Shown: positions 30,182-40,177, counted from the first letter of the whole stretch. The stretch is DNA of 55,392 bases, filler included, from Barthelona sp. PAP020 (GCA_040182905.1; 2 parts of 2 records of this genome joined end to end with filler, not necessarily neighbours in it); one strand, 5' to 3'. The notes: generated by a model from the sequence alone, not told the origin. Translations and numbers: made by a program.

Positions 30182-30319
30182 ATGAATCTTGTGTTACTTT
30201 TTTGTTTTTTATTTTATTGTAAATAAACATTGAAGAAATTCTAACAATTTTAAAGAAGAAGGAAAGAAGTCGTTTGCTCCACTTTGTTTATTTTTTAATT
30301 TTTTTTTTTTTGCAGTATA

Positions 30320-31045
30320 ATGGATTTAAAGTTGATTTCTACCCAACCAATATCTTATGCGAATGATATTGATGTGTTTGACTATACGCAACCAATCATT
30401 CGTCAAGTTCCTGCAGATGATAATTGTTTGTTTACTGTATTTTCACATTGTTGTAGTGGGCAAGAATTTATTGAAGTACAAAATTTGCGTAATATATGTG
30501 CTGAAACGTTTATAACCAATCCTTCATTGTATTCTTTTGCTCCAGAATATACACCTGCAGCATATTATGAAGAAATTAAGGCTTATGGTGTTACAGGTAA
30601 AAAGAAATGGGGCGGGGATATAGAAATTATGATTCTTTCTGAATATTTTAAAGTTAATGTGATTGTTATTGATTTTTCGTCCAGAACAAAGAGTCCAGTG
30701 ACAACAACTTTTAAATCTAATCCTGCTAGTGAAGGTTATATATTTTTATTTTTTGATGGTACCCATTACAACTGTTTTGCCGCAAATCCTGTTGAATGTG
30801 AGGAAGGAGAATGGACTTCACCACAAAAAGACATGGATATATGTATTTTTTCTGCTCAAAATGTGGACAAAATTCTTGATGAAAAAGTTCTTCCTCTTGC
30901 CATCAAAAAAAAAGAAAAAGGTGAGTTTTTTAATCCATATAGCGTCAATCTTATGTGCAATAGTTGTGGTATGATTTTTGATACAACTAAAAAAGCTGAA
31001 AGGCATGCTGAATTTACTGGTCATGTCAATTTTGAGCAATTGTAA
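30320..31045 (+). CDS. OTU1: OTU1/YOD1-family deubiquitinase with C-terminal C2H2 finger
   Basis: VPADDNCLF (catalytic Cys), WGGDIEI, FDGTHYN (His), CNSCG...AERHAEFTGHVNF zinc finger; no N-terminal UBX-like domain. Confidence 0.9.
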   Translation: MDLKLISTQPISYANDIDVFDYTQPIIRQVPADDNCLFTVFSHCCSGQEFIEVQNLRNICAETFITNPSLYSFAPEYTPAAYYEEIKAYGVTGKKKWGGDIEIMILSEYFKVNVIVIDFSSRTKSPVTTTFKSNPASEGYIFLFFDGTHYNCFAANPVECEEGEWTSPQKDMDICIFSAQNVDKILDEKVLPLAIKKKEKGEFFNPYSVNLMCNSCGMIFDTTKKAERHAEFTGHVNFEQL

Positions 31046-31212
31046 ATGTAGTCCTTATAATTTGGTTTGTTTATTCATTTATTCATTCATTATTTTGCTT
31101 TTTACTAATTTCTTCAAAAAAATAAACATGAAAAAGAAAAAAGAAAAAAAAAACATCATTTATTAAAATACAAAGAAAGACTATGTTAAAATACAACTTA
31201 TAAATCAAAACA

Positions 31213-31608
31213 TTATCTTATTTTTTCTGTTTTTGCTTTAAATATTTCCAAATTATCTAGTTTCTGTTGCAAAGGATCATCTAATTCCAAATCACCTTTA
31301 TCTGTCAACCTAGGTTTAGTAGAAGGAAAGAAACCATTTCTTATTTCACTTGCAAATCTTCTGTCAGACTTACAATAATCCCAATTTTCTTGTTCGTAGG
31401 CTAAATCATCTTCGAAAACAAATTTTCCTTCAACATTCTCGCCATTCTGCCATATTCCAACCATTTTTCCTTTACCAGGAAAATATAATGTTCCTTCACC
31501 ATGGAAATGTCCATTCTCCATGTTACCAACATAAAAAGTACCATCTGCCATGGTGTATTTAAATAAATCTTCTTCCAAATGTTCAATTTCTGAATGAGTA
31601 AAGTTCAT
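31213..31608 (-). CDS. MORN5: MORN repeat protein 5-like
   Basis: YVGNMENGHFHGEGTLYFP MORN repeat and NWDYCKSDRRFASEIRNG, characteristic of MORN5. Confidence 0.85.
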   Translation of the reverse strand: MNFTHSEIEHLEEDLFKYTMADGTFYVGNMENGHFHGEGTLYFPGKGKMVGIWQNGENVEGKFVFEDDLAYEQENWDYCKSDRRFASEIRNGFFPSTKPRLTDKGDLELDDPLQQKLDNLEIFKAKTEKIR

Positions 31609-31656
31609 TTGTTTGCAATTACGAAAAAAAAAAATTTCTCTTTATTTTCTTTCAAT

Positions 31657-32877
31657 ATGCAATTTAAAACAGTTTTTATATTAATATTGTGTGCAAATTT
31701 GTTGCTAAATATTGTGTCTTGTGAGGAAAATTACGAATCTATTGATGATGATGACATTATTGAAAATTATGAAGATGAAAGCATCATTGATAATGAGAAT
31801 CTTGATGTTGGAATTGAGACTAATATCGATATTGAAAATATTAATAACAATATTGAAGAGAAGAATACAACATCCAAGGAAAAACCTCAATTACCACCTC
31901 TAAAGGACAGATTAAAAGAATCACTTTATAGTTGGGAATCTGTTTTTATACCTATTACTGTTTTGTATTTGTTTGCATTTATTACAAAACGAAATGCCAA
32001 CACTTCTTTGGCTACCATGTGGGCACAAGCTTTACATGGTGTATTTGTCAAACATTTTGCCAATGTAGCTGTTGAGAAATTGGACGAAGACCATGATTAT
32101 CGCAACCCTTACAAGGTTATTTTCAAGGAATCAGGAGTTCATTTTGTTCATTATGCCACAGGTAACGATTGCATAAATTACAGTTATACTGATATAAAGT
32201 TAAAGAATAGATTTGACCTTATCAAATTTTTTATGAGATTCTTTGTTCCTGTTCACGATAGAGTTGAAACTTGCTTGGAAATTGACACCCCCAAAAGTTC
32301 ATGTGCCGTTGGTGTTACAAGATCAACAAGAAAAGGAATATTTTATAAGGATTCAAAGGGAATTGGTGCTTTAGTTGGTTTGGAAAATGAAAAGAAATTT
32401 GGTCTTGCAGTTTCGTCTGACACCAAAGAAACCATTTCCACGTTACCTGATACGTTGTTGAGACATTTTAAAGAACTGGGAAATGATTTCTTAAGTTTCT
32501 GCTATTATTCTGATGCAGTAAAAGGTTTTATGATTTTGGAGGTGAATTATCCCAAAGATCAACAACAAATGAATATTTATGAAGAGATATATGAGACTAT
32601 GTTTGAATATGCTTACAAAATGAAAGGTTTAGAGCTTCAACAAAGTTCAAAGAAAATCATTGAAGAATTCAGAGCTAAAAAAACAGTCGAAATTAAGAAG
32701 GAAGTAAATGAAGCCTATCACAAGAAATTGCAAGAAGAAAAGTCTGAGGAAATTAAAAAGCAACAAGAAAATTTCAAAAAATTGTCTAAAAAGGAGCAAG
32801 AAAAGGTTCGCAGAAGACAAGAAAGAAAAACAATGATGAAATCTCAAAATCAGAGAATGCAGATCATCAGCAGGTAA
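31657..32877 (+). CDS. CCDC47: PAT complex subunit CCDC47-like (DUF1682)
   Basis: Signal peptide from MQFKTVFILIL, acidic lumenal segment, one TM helix, KES...YATG...LKNRFDL, and a K/E-rich coiled-coil C-terminus. Confidence 0.82.
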   Translation: MQFKTVFILILCANLLLNIVSCEENYESIDDDDIIENYEDESIIDNENLDVGIETNIDIENINNNIEEKNTTSKEKPQLPPLKDRLKESLYSWESVFIPITVLYLFAFITKRNANTSLATMWAQALHGVFVKHFANVAVEKLDEDHDYRNPYKVIFKESGVHFVHYATGNDCINYSYTDIKLKNRFDLIKFFMRFFVPVHDRVETCLEIDTPKSSCAVGVTRSTRKGIFYKDSKGIGALVGLENEKKFGLAVSSDTKETISTLPDTLLRHFKELGNDFLSFCYYSDAVKGFMILEVNYPKDQQQMNIYEEIYETMFEYAYKMKGLELQQSSKKIIEEFRAKKTVEIKKEVNEAYHKKLQEEKSEEIKKQQENFKKLSKKEQEKVRRRQERKTMMKSQNQRMQIISR

Positions 32878-33328
32878 TAAATGAAATATTTCTTTTTTCT
32901 TTGATATTTTCTGAGTGTTTTTGAAGAGCTTGAGTGGTAAAAATAACACTCAAAGGTTTGAAATTTGAGGAATATTTATTCCAAAAGAACACTTTCCCTT
33001 CACTCTATTTTCATCAAAATTGGAAAGCATGTTTGGTAATCTACCTCATGAATTCGTTTAATAATTCAACCAAAATATCAAACTTTCAATAAAGAATTCA
33101 AATGCAAAGAGTCTCAGAAAGCCACAAATTTTCATGTTGTAAAATGTTCAAACATGCAATTATTCGTCTCAACACCAAATAATAAGGAAGAAAGCCACAT
33201 ATTTTGTATCTGTTTTTGATCTTTATTGAAAAGGACTTTCTCTTCCAGAAAAGCCAACAAAGCCTAAATATAGGGAAATAAAATCTACTAAAATATGCAA
33301 TAAAAACAAAAAACATGAAAATAACCAT

Positions 33329-34615
33329 TTATTGAGTTTTAATTATAGGTAAACAATGAGAAACACAATTTTCACCAAAAATAAAGATTCCTTTAGCATT
33401 CCAAATGACATTAGTGATAATTTGAGAAAATTCAGTTTCAAATAATGTGTCAAATGAACTATTCCATTTTCCATCAACTTTGTCGATTTTTGATTCAATG
33501 ATCTTAACAAAACTATCATTATACAGGAGAACAAATCTATTTGAAGGAGAACAAACAATATCAGAACCTCCTGCCAAACTTGTGACTTCCAAATTCTTTA
33601 AATTAATAAAATGGACATTATCGGAACATCTAACACACATCAAATATCCATCATGTGAAAAACATATCTCCGAAATATTTTCAAAATTTTGATTGAACTT
33701 TTTTATCGTCTTAAAATATTGTGTGTCAACATCATTACCAATCTTTAGACAGAAACTATGCAAAAAAATTTCATCATTTGTGTTCTCTCCTTCAGAAACA
33801 GTAACAAATAAAGCAGCAGCTGGGTGAATAGCAATAATTTTTGGAATATGACTCACTTTTTGTGAAAGTATCGTCTTCAACGTTGAGGTTTGTTTCAACA
33901 AAACATTATTTTCTTTGCAAGTAAGAAAATACTCCTTTTTAGGCAAAAGAACTGCATTTTTATCTGTATTTTTTATTCTTTTCATGCAATAATCATTTTC
34001 AAAATTGAAAAAATTTTTATCAATTTTTGAAGAATCATCAGAAGTTTGAAAATTAAATTCAAAATTGACATTTTCCATCATTTTTCCAGATAAATCATAG
34101 ACTTTGAAAAGTTTACCAAAATTTTCAGAAAATTGTTTCAGGTCTGTTTTGAATTCATCAATATTTAAATCAATTTCATCAGTTCTTCCATCATCCATAC
34201 TGTTTTCAGAAATATTATCCGATACTATACGATCTGCTTTTGCTTTTGCTTCTCTTTCAGCCAATAGCTTGGCAATTACCCTTATGTTTGCATCTTGAAC
34301 AAATAAATTCTTTTTTAGTTCATTTTCAAGTTCAAATACTTGCCTCTTTAATTCATATGCTTCAATAACAGTTTTATTGTAATTATCGTACATCAACTTA
34401 AATAAATCAGGAGTACTTAAAGCATTTTCCGTCAATGGCTTCGATAAAATAGGTATTTTTAAATTAATTAATGAATTTTCATCCAAAGGTTCTTGGGTTT
34501 TTGGATCTTTGCCATATTGTCTTATATAATGTAAAATTTCATCCTTTTCATACACATCACCCGCTGGAGTTGCGACAGCATTTGTAATGGGATTTCCAGA
34601 AATTCCAGAAAACAT
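33329..34615 (-). CDS. PRP19: Pre-mRNA processing factor 19 (U-box, coiled coil, divergent WD40)
   Basis: MFSGISG...GDVYEKDEILHYIRQYGKDPKTQEPL U-box; STPDLFKLM...YELKRQ...QDANIRVIAKLLAER Prp19 coiled coil. Start placed at 34615. Confidence 0.92.
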   Translation of the reverse strand: MFSGISGNPITNAVATPAGDVYEKDEILHYIRQYGKDPKTQEPLDENSLINLKIPILSKPLTENALSTPDLFKLMYDNYNKTVIEAYELKRQVFELENELKKNLFVQDANIRVIAKLLAEREAKAKADRIVSDNISENSMDDGRTDEIDLNIDEFKTDLKQFSENFGKLFKVYDLSGKMMENVNFEFNFQTSDDSSKIDKNFFNFENDYCMKRIKNTDKNAVLLPKKEYFLTCKENNVLLKQTSTLKTILSQKVSHIPKIIAIHPAAALFVTVSEGENTNDEIFLHSFCLKIGNDVDTQYFKTIKKFNQNFENISEICFSHDGYLMCVRCSDNVHFINLKNLEVTSLAGGSDIVCSPSNRFVLLYNDSFVKIIESKIDKVDGKWNSSFDTLFETEFSQIITNVIWNAKGIFIFGENCVSHCLPIIKTQ

Positions 34616-34883
34616 TAAAAACAAAAACTGGTGATTTTTCATCTTAGTTTCAATTTATTTGTTTATTTAAATGTATTGCTTGCAAAAAAAAGTTTATTTA
34701 ATCAAAAGTAAATCAATCTTAGGCCTTAAGTTAAAATTATCTCTTTTAACGCATTGTTCTTTTCAAAATATTCCTTTCAAATAAAAATTGATTCTTTTTC
34801 AACAAAGAATTAACTATTTATGAAAGACAAACAATAACAACAAAAAAGAAGATTCCGAATTTTATTTGCATTTCCATCAAAAA

Positions 34884-35399
34884 TTAAAGTTCTTGATGCA
34901 TAAATTGTCCTTTGTAATTTGATTCAGAAGTCATATTGAAAAAAGTCATTTGACAAAATGGTATGCCGGGTTTTAGTTTTATTGGTTTATTTGAAGCATT
35001 AAAAATTTCTAAAACGGTTTGATTCTTAACACCAGGTTGAATAAATCCGGCAGTAATATGTACAGTCAAACCTAAACGAGCAAACCTTGAACGGCCATTT
35101 AACATGGCGCAAAGTTTTGGCGATAGCGTAATTTCTTCTCTAGTTATCCCAAGACAGAATCCATGAGGAGGTAAAAGATAATAATCATCATTTGAAACTA
35201 CAACTTTTTCCATATAATCTCGATAATTTGATTCATTTGATAAAACAACCTCTTCAACAGAGTCACTATAATGTCTAAATTCATTACCAAGAGAAAAATC
35301 AATGGAAGCACATCCAACACTATCAGGATTAAAAGGATTGATAATGATTTCTCCATTATTAACAGCTTCTACTAGCTGATCCTTAGAAAGACAAGACAT
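34884..35399 (-). CDS. dcd: dCTP deaminase (trimeric dUTPase-like fold, prokaryote type)
   Basis: IINPFNPDSVGCASIDFSLG, GITREEITL, GRSRFARLGLTVHITAGFIQPG, VLE (catalytic Glu position), CQMTF, YKGQF..Q. ATG at 35399. Confidence 0.9.
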   Translation of the reverse strand: MSCLSKDQLVEAVNNGEIIINPFNPDSVGCASIDFSLGNEFRHYSDSVEEVVLSNESNYRDYMEKVVVSNDDYYLLPPHGFCLGITREEITLSPKLCAMLNGRSRFARLGLTVHITAGFIQPGVKNQTVLEIFNASNKPIKLKPGIPFCQMTFFNMTSESNYKGQFMHQEL

Positions 35400-35568
35400 C
35401 AAATATGATATTAATCACAAAATATTAATAATGAATTTTTGATTTGAGGAAGTCAGAAGAATTTTGAAAACCAACCAGAATGGACGACGAAATCTTTCCA
35501 ATAAAATTTTTTTTGTTTATCCACTTCACATGACAAATCAAAAACAAACAAATAAGACAATAAATTAT

Positions 35569-36129
35569 TTACATTTGATCAAGTTTTTTTTGAACTTCCA
35601 TCAAAATGTCATCAACATTGTTCCATAATTCTGGCATTATCACCCTCTCACGTAAAATATTGAAAAGTCTTTCAGATTCATCCATGTAAGATTGAGTTTT
35701 ATTCTTTGTCCAATTTTTGGGAGTACGGTTAATAAGATCACGTAAATTACAAAATCTATCGCAGACTTTCAATATACATGATACTTCACCAATTGACTGC
35801 ATTTTTTTTTCGGTTTCTAAGATTTGTTGATTTCTTTTGAGATTTTGGTCTTTTGTTAAATCTAACACCATTTGAGCCACATTATTTCCAAATTCATTGT
35901 TAATTGCATCAATTCCAGTTTTAGTATCTTCAACAACATCATGCAATAAGGCTGCAATCAAAGGATCAACAGAATCAGTACAATCAATATAATTAGAAGC
36001 CAATTCAGCAACTTCTAAAGGATGAGCAATGTAAGCTCTGGATCTATCCTTTCGAAGTTGAATTCCATGTGCGTTGGCCGCAAAAACTGCAGCCTTCAGT
36101 ATTTTTGTAACATTTTCCTGACTAATCAT
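35569..36129 (-). CDS. Stand-alone RelA/SpoT-type HD hydrolase (Mesh1/small alarmone hydrolase-like)
   Basis: FAANAHGIQLRK..RAYIAHPLEVA, AALLHDVVEDT, FGNNVAQMVLDLTKD, KVCDRFCNLRDL; no synthetase domain. Confidence 0.9.
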   Translation of the reverse strand: MISQENVTKILKAAVFAANAHGIQLRKDRSRAYIAHPLEVAELASNYIDCTDSVDPLIAALLHDVVEDTKTGIDAINNEFGNNVAQMVLDLTKDQNLKRNQQILETEKKMQSIGEVSCILKVCDRFCNLRDLINRTPKNWTKNKTQSYMDESERLFNILRERVIMPELWNNVDDILMEVQKKLDQM

Positions 36130-36188
36130 TTAAAATAACAAAAAATGACTTGACTAAATTAGAAATAAAGAAAATATTTATGTGTTTT

Positions 36189-38336
36189 TTAAATAGGCAA
36201 AGCGTGATTTGTATCTGATAAAATGAAGAAAATAAAAGTTACAATACCAATTAAACCAACAATCAACCATTTTAAATGGCTAAAAAAATGGGTGTCAAAA
36301 CAAACATTGTTCACGTTATCTGTTAAAGATAATCCTGAAGCAAAATCAACCTGCATATGTATGTCCAAGCATTGACCAAAATTTAAAGTGAAGGCAACAG
36401 GGTCAATAAACAAATCAAATTTGTCAATTCCATGATGTTTCTTTTGTAAAGAATTTGTTGTTAATCTATGTCCATTAACAAATATGTTGAAATGATAATG
36501 ATTAGAATCAGATCCATAAAAGCTTAAATTTTTGTTTTCAAAATGATTATGTAACAAGAATTGAACATTCAATTCATTGTTAAAAATGAACCCATTAGAT
36601 TTTGGGGACAAAAACTTCACCCCAAAAGTTGTTTCTGGATGAATATAACTATTGATCGGATTATGATAAGTGTTCAAAGAAGAAGATTTAAGACTAGTAC
36701 CTCCAATTTTGGGATCCGTCAACCCTATTTGTAAATCAATGGCAAACACTTTCCCACTTGCTGTAACACTTACCATATGTAATTTATTTGAACCTGTAAC
36801 ATCTCCAAATGCAGGATTAGTCATGAAAGATTCGTCAATATTTAAAATGGTCTCACAATCAAAGTTCTCATCAGTTAAGATAATATTTCCTTGGTCTAAT
36901 AAGGCTGTAAATCCAATCTGTCCTGATTTACTCAAAGTTATGGGAACTATTGAAGACATAGATCCATGTGCAAAGGAATTTGAATTGATAATTTCCCCAT
37001 TGAATCCATTCACAATAATTGCTGTTCCTCTTGAAGATAAAATTGAAATTTTTACAATATTGTCTGAAGAATAAATTGAAGGAGCAGAATACAATTGTTC
37101 TAAATCTTCTAGCCTCCATAATTCTTTCAAGCCAAAGACTTTCTTCAAAACCAATTTATCTCTTTCAACCAATAACATTTCTGGCTTTCCATCCAAATCA
37201 AAATCAAATATTATTGGTTTTGATATCAAAGATCCTTCAATTGGAAAACCAGGAACAAGAGTTGATACTGCGGTAAAAGCGTAAATCAATCCACCATCAG
37301 TAGCAACAATAACTTCTTTACGATGGTTCCCCGTAATGTCTGCAATTTCAGGTTCCATTGAAATAAATGGCAAGCCATTCATTTGGGCAGTCATTTCTGC
37401 TGTACTTAAATCCATTGTCTTAGTCCATAATATCAAACCTTTTACAGGATCTAAAACAGCAATTCCACAAGCAAAATAATTGTCAATATCAAAATCTCCA
37501 AAATCATCTTCAGAATAATAATCAGCAGGAAAATAATATGAGAGTGGCACAACTAAGTATTCATATGTCTGTTCAATATGAAATCTGACAAGTTTAACAG
37601 AAGCCAAAACTTGAGCTGGGATATAAACAGTAGATTCCGTTTGCTCAAATTTCTGATGACGAAATTGCTTCTCAAATCTTGTGGACTCTATTTTTTCATC
37701 TGTTTTAACACCAGAAAACAATTCCATCCATGTGATAATTGCCTCTGGTACCAACCCTGGAATCTCAGGATTGATTTCTTCTTGATCTTTATCAGAAGAA
37801 GTAGGTTGTACATCTGGCACATTTGTATTATCATCAGTCTTTGAGCTGGAAATATCTTCAATATATTCGGCAAGTTGCTTTCTTTTTTTGTTTAGCTCCA
37901 CTATCTTGTACCAATCCCTTTTAACACCAACAGGTGGAATTTTCATTGTTAAATGCTCCAAAATTAATCCTTCGTGTGTCACAAAATATACAATACCATC
38001 CTGTGTAACAATAATCATTTCAGGATGTCCATCTTGTGTTATATCAAAAAACACAGGTGCACTATTCAAATTTGATGGAAATACAACAGGCCATCCGTCC
38101 ATTACTTGACCAGAAGATCCATCCAATACAGTAATGGTCTCAGAATTGGAAACAACAATCACTTGAGGACAATCCATATGAGGTATAAAATGTTCAATTA
38201 TCGGAGGTATTAAACTGAATGAAACATCAACTGACCAAGTTGCATCCAATCTGTTAAATTTCGCACATCGTTTCGAACAATATATTCCACACATCGATAT
38301 TATTGATATCAACAATAAGAATTGAAAAATTTTCAT
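36189..38336 (-). CDS. DEX1-like FG-GAP repeat type I membrane protein
   Basis: Signal peptide MKIFQFLLLISI; GWPVVF...APVFFDITQDGHPEMIIVTQDGIVYF...KIPPVGVKRDWY resembles plant DEFECTIVE IN EXINE FORMATION 1; DxDxDG-like repeats; C-terminal TM helix. Confidence 0.8.
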   Translation of the reverse strand: MKIFQFLLLISIISMCGIYCSKRCAKFNRLDATWSVDVSFSLIPPIIEHFIPHMDCPQVIVVSNSETITVLDGSSGQVMDGWPVVFPSNLNSAPVFFDITQDGHPEMIIVTQDGIVYFVTHEGLILEHLTMKIPPVGVKRDWYKIVELNKKRKQLAEYIEDISSSKTDDNTNVPDVQPTSSDKDQEEINPEIPGLVPEAIITWMELFSGVKTDEKIESTRFEKQFRHQKFEQTESTVYIPAQVLASVKLVRFHIEQTYEYLVVPLSYYFPADYYSEDDFGDFDIDNYFACGIAVLDPVKGLILWTKTMDLSTAEMTAQMNGLPFISMEPEIADITGNHRKEVIVATDGGLIYAFTAVSTLVPGFPIEGSLISKPIIFDFDLDGKPEMLLVERDKLVLKKVFGLKELWRLEDLEQLYSAPSIYSSDNIVKISILSSRGTAIIVNGFNGEIINSNSFAHGSMSSIVPITLSKSGQIGFTALLDQGNIILTDENFDCETILNIDESFMTNPAFGDVTGSNKLHMVSVTASGKVFAIDLQIGLTDPKIGGTSLKSSSLNTYHNPINSYIHPETTFGVKFLSPKSNGFIFNNELNVQFLLHNHFENKNLSFYGSDSNHYHFNIFVNGHRLTTNSLQKKHHGIDKFDLFIDPVAFTLNFGQCLDIHMQVDFASGLSLTDNVNNVCFDTHFFSHLKWLIVGLIGIVTFIFFILSDTNHALPI

Positions 38337-38385
38337 CTCGAAGTGCAAAAATATCAAAAAAAAAAATTATTGTTACTTTCTTTTG

Positions 38386-39078
38386 TCATTTATTCAGCTG
38401 TCTTTCAAGATCATTGATCCGTTGTTTCGCTTCAATTAGTTTTTGCTTGTAAATGCTCTGCATTCCACCGTAATTGTTTTTTATTGTTTTGGTTTGGTTC
38501 ATATCATTCATCTGATTCCTTAGTTGATTATTTTCAGTAGTTAATTGTTCAATTTGTTGTTTTAACATGTGATTTTCTTCTCGCTTTTCATTTTCAATCA
38601 ATTTTTTTGCTTCATTCAATTCTTGACATTTTTCATTTATTGTCTTCATTTGTGTTGTTCGTAATTCAATTATTTGTTGTTGTCCTTTGATTTTCAATTG
38701 CAAATCATTGATTTTATCTACATATTCTTGAATTTTGTTATGATATTTTGATTCTTCATCCAATTTCAAGTCTTGAATGTGTTGTAAATGTTTCTTTTGT
38801 TGATCCATTAAGGCTTTTTCATGTTGTTTTGATCTTTCAATCAACTCCTTTCGGTCTATCAAAAAGGGTTGAAAAGATTCAATGATCTTTGTTTTTTCGT
38901 TCACAATATTTTTTAATAATCTGATCTCTCGTTCTTGTAATTTGCTATTGGTTTGCTTGGTTGGGTGTTGATAAATATTTTCATTTCCATTCTGTTTGAT
39001 CAAATGTAATGTTAGTGAATTCAAACAGTTATTAAACTGTAATCGAATGTCTTCTAACACCTGATTAGTTTGATTCAT
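38386..39078 (-). CDS. Coiled-coil protein (230 aa)
   Basis: Q/E/K/L-rich heptad-like ORF. Confidence 0.8.
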   Translation of the reverse strand: MNQTNQVLEDIRLQFNNCLNSLTLHLIKQNGNENIYQHPTKQTNSKLQEREIRLLKNIVNEKTKIIESFQPFLIDRKELIERSKQHEKALMDQQKKHLQHIQDLKLDEESKYHNKIQEYVDKINDLQLKIKGQQQIIELRTTQMKTINEKCQELNEAKKLIENEKREENHMLKQQIEQLTTENNQLRNQMNDMNQTKTIKNNYGGMQSIYKQKLIEAKQRINDLERQLNK

Positions 39079-39256
39079 GTCTTAATAATCAATCTCAAAA
39101 TATCATATAATGCAGGCAAATCGCCATAAAATCTTTCCAGATCAAACACCCAAAAAATAAACAAAAACTTTTTATATGTATATATATATGACTATTGGAA
39201 AATAAATAATATGTATTATAAAAAAATATAACTACAAACTAATAAAATAAAATCGA

Positions 39257-40177
39257 TTACGGATAAAACTGCTGATATTCTTCTTGTGGTTGTTGAACAT
39301 AATAACCTCCCTCATAAGGTACATGATGAGGTGGAGGCATCATATAATGCTGTTGATCTGGTGGGCCATAATAATAACCAGGATGAGGATAACCATACGG
39401 TGGTGCATTTGGATACCCATAATCAGGATAAAATCCTTGTTGTGGATGATAATCAGAATAAAACCCTCGAGAATAGAATGGTCTTCGTTCATAATTACGA
39501 TTAAATGGTTTTCTTTTTGGTTTTCTTAATCTGGCATATTGAGCTTCAATTATGACATTTTCACCATATTGAGTGAATTCATAAGAATTACCGATGATTT
39601 CTTGAGCGCTTGTGGTATGTCGGGTGTCAAAATATTCAACAAAAGCTTGATTTTTTCTGCCATTTCTAACTTGACGAACTTCACCGAAATGTTCCAAGGC
39701 TTCTTGCAATTTTTGTCTAACTTCAGGAACACGAAAATCAGGAACTTCATCATCTGATAAATCAGTAAATTTAAAATAAAGGGCCAATGTGGAAATATCA
39801 TTTTCAGGAGGACTAAATGGATTTGATGCCTCAACAATCAGTGGATATTCTGCACCAAAGCATTTTGTATTATTGAATGCCCCAATAACTCTTGTTGCAT
39901 CACGAATATCAAAAAAAGTAACAGTTGCAGTTCCTGTTTCTTCAATTTGATCTTCAAAAGCGTGGGTTCCTCCCCATGTTTTGCAAACCGTTAATAGATC
40001 TTTAACATCCAAATTCCTTGGTAAATTTGTGAATAAAACAGTATGTTTTGAATTCTGGTTCAATAAAGCTTCGTTTTTGTGAGGTGTTGGAAAATCAGTG
40101 TTTGGAACTGTATTTGAAAACGTTGGATCAATATTATTGGGTATTTCCTCGTCAATATTATTGGAATCACTGGACAT
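39257..40177 (-). CDS. Two-RRM RNA-binding protein (Mei2-type RRM1/RRM2) with P/Y/G/Q-rich tail
   Basis: TVLFTNLP...TVTFFDIRDA and FGEVRQVR...AFVEYFDTR resemble Mei2/AML RRM1 and RRM2. Confidence 0.8.
   Translation of the reverse strand: MSSDSNNIDEEIPNNIDPTFSNTVPNTDFPTPHKNEALLNQNSKHTVLFTNLPRNLDVKDLLTVCKTWGGTHAFEDQIEETGTATVTFFDIRDATRVIGAFNNTKCFGAEYPLIVEASNPFSPPENDISTLALYFKFTDLSDDEVPDFRVPEVRQKLQEALEHFGEVRQVRNGRKNQAFVEYFDTRHTTSAQEIIGNSYEFTQYGENVIIEAQYARLRKPKRKPFNRNYERRPFYSRGFYSDYHPQQGFYPDYGYPNAPPYGYPHPGYYYGPPDQQHYMMPPPHHVPYEGGYYVQQPQEEYQQFYP

Noticed and set aside
29400..30185. 261 aa alternative-frame ORF overlapping the 730 aa gene
   Set aside because: Explained as a shadow of repetitive purine-rich coding sequence; non-ATG start and Ile-rich nonsense composition.
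33098..33328. 76 aa ORF starting right after the PRP19 stop (readthrough or coupled gene)
   Set aside because: F/L/I/K-rich composition typical of AT-rich non-coding DNA; no recognisable motif.
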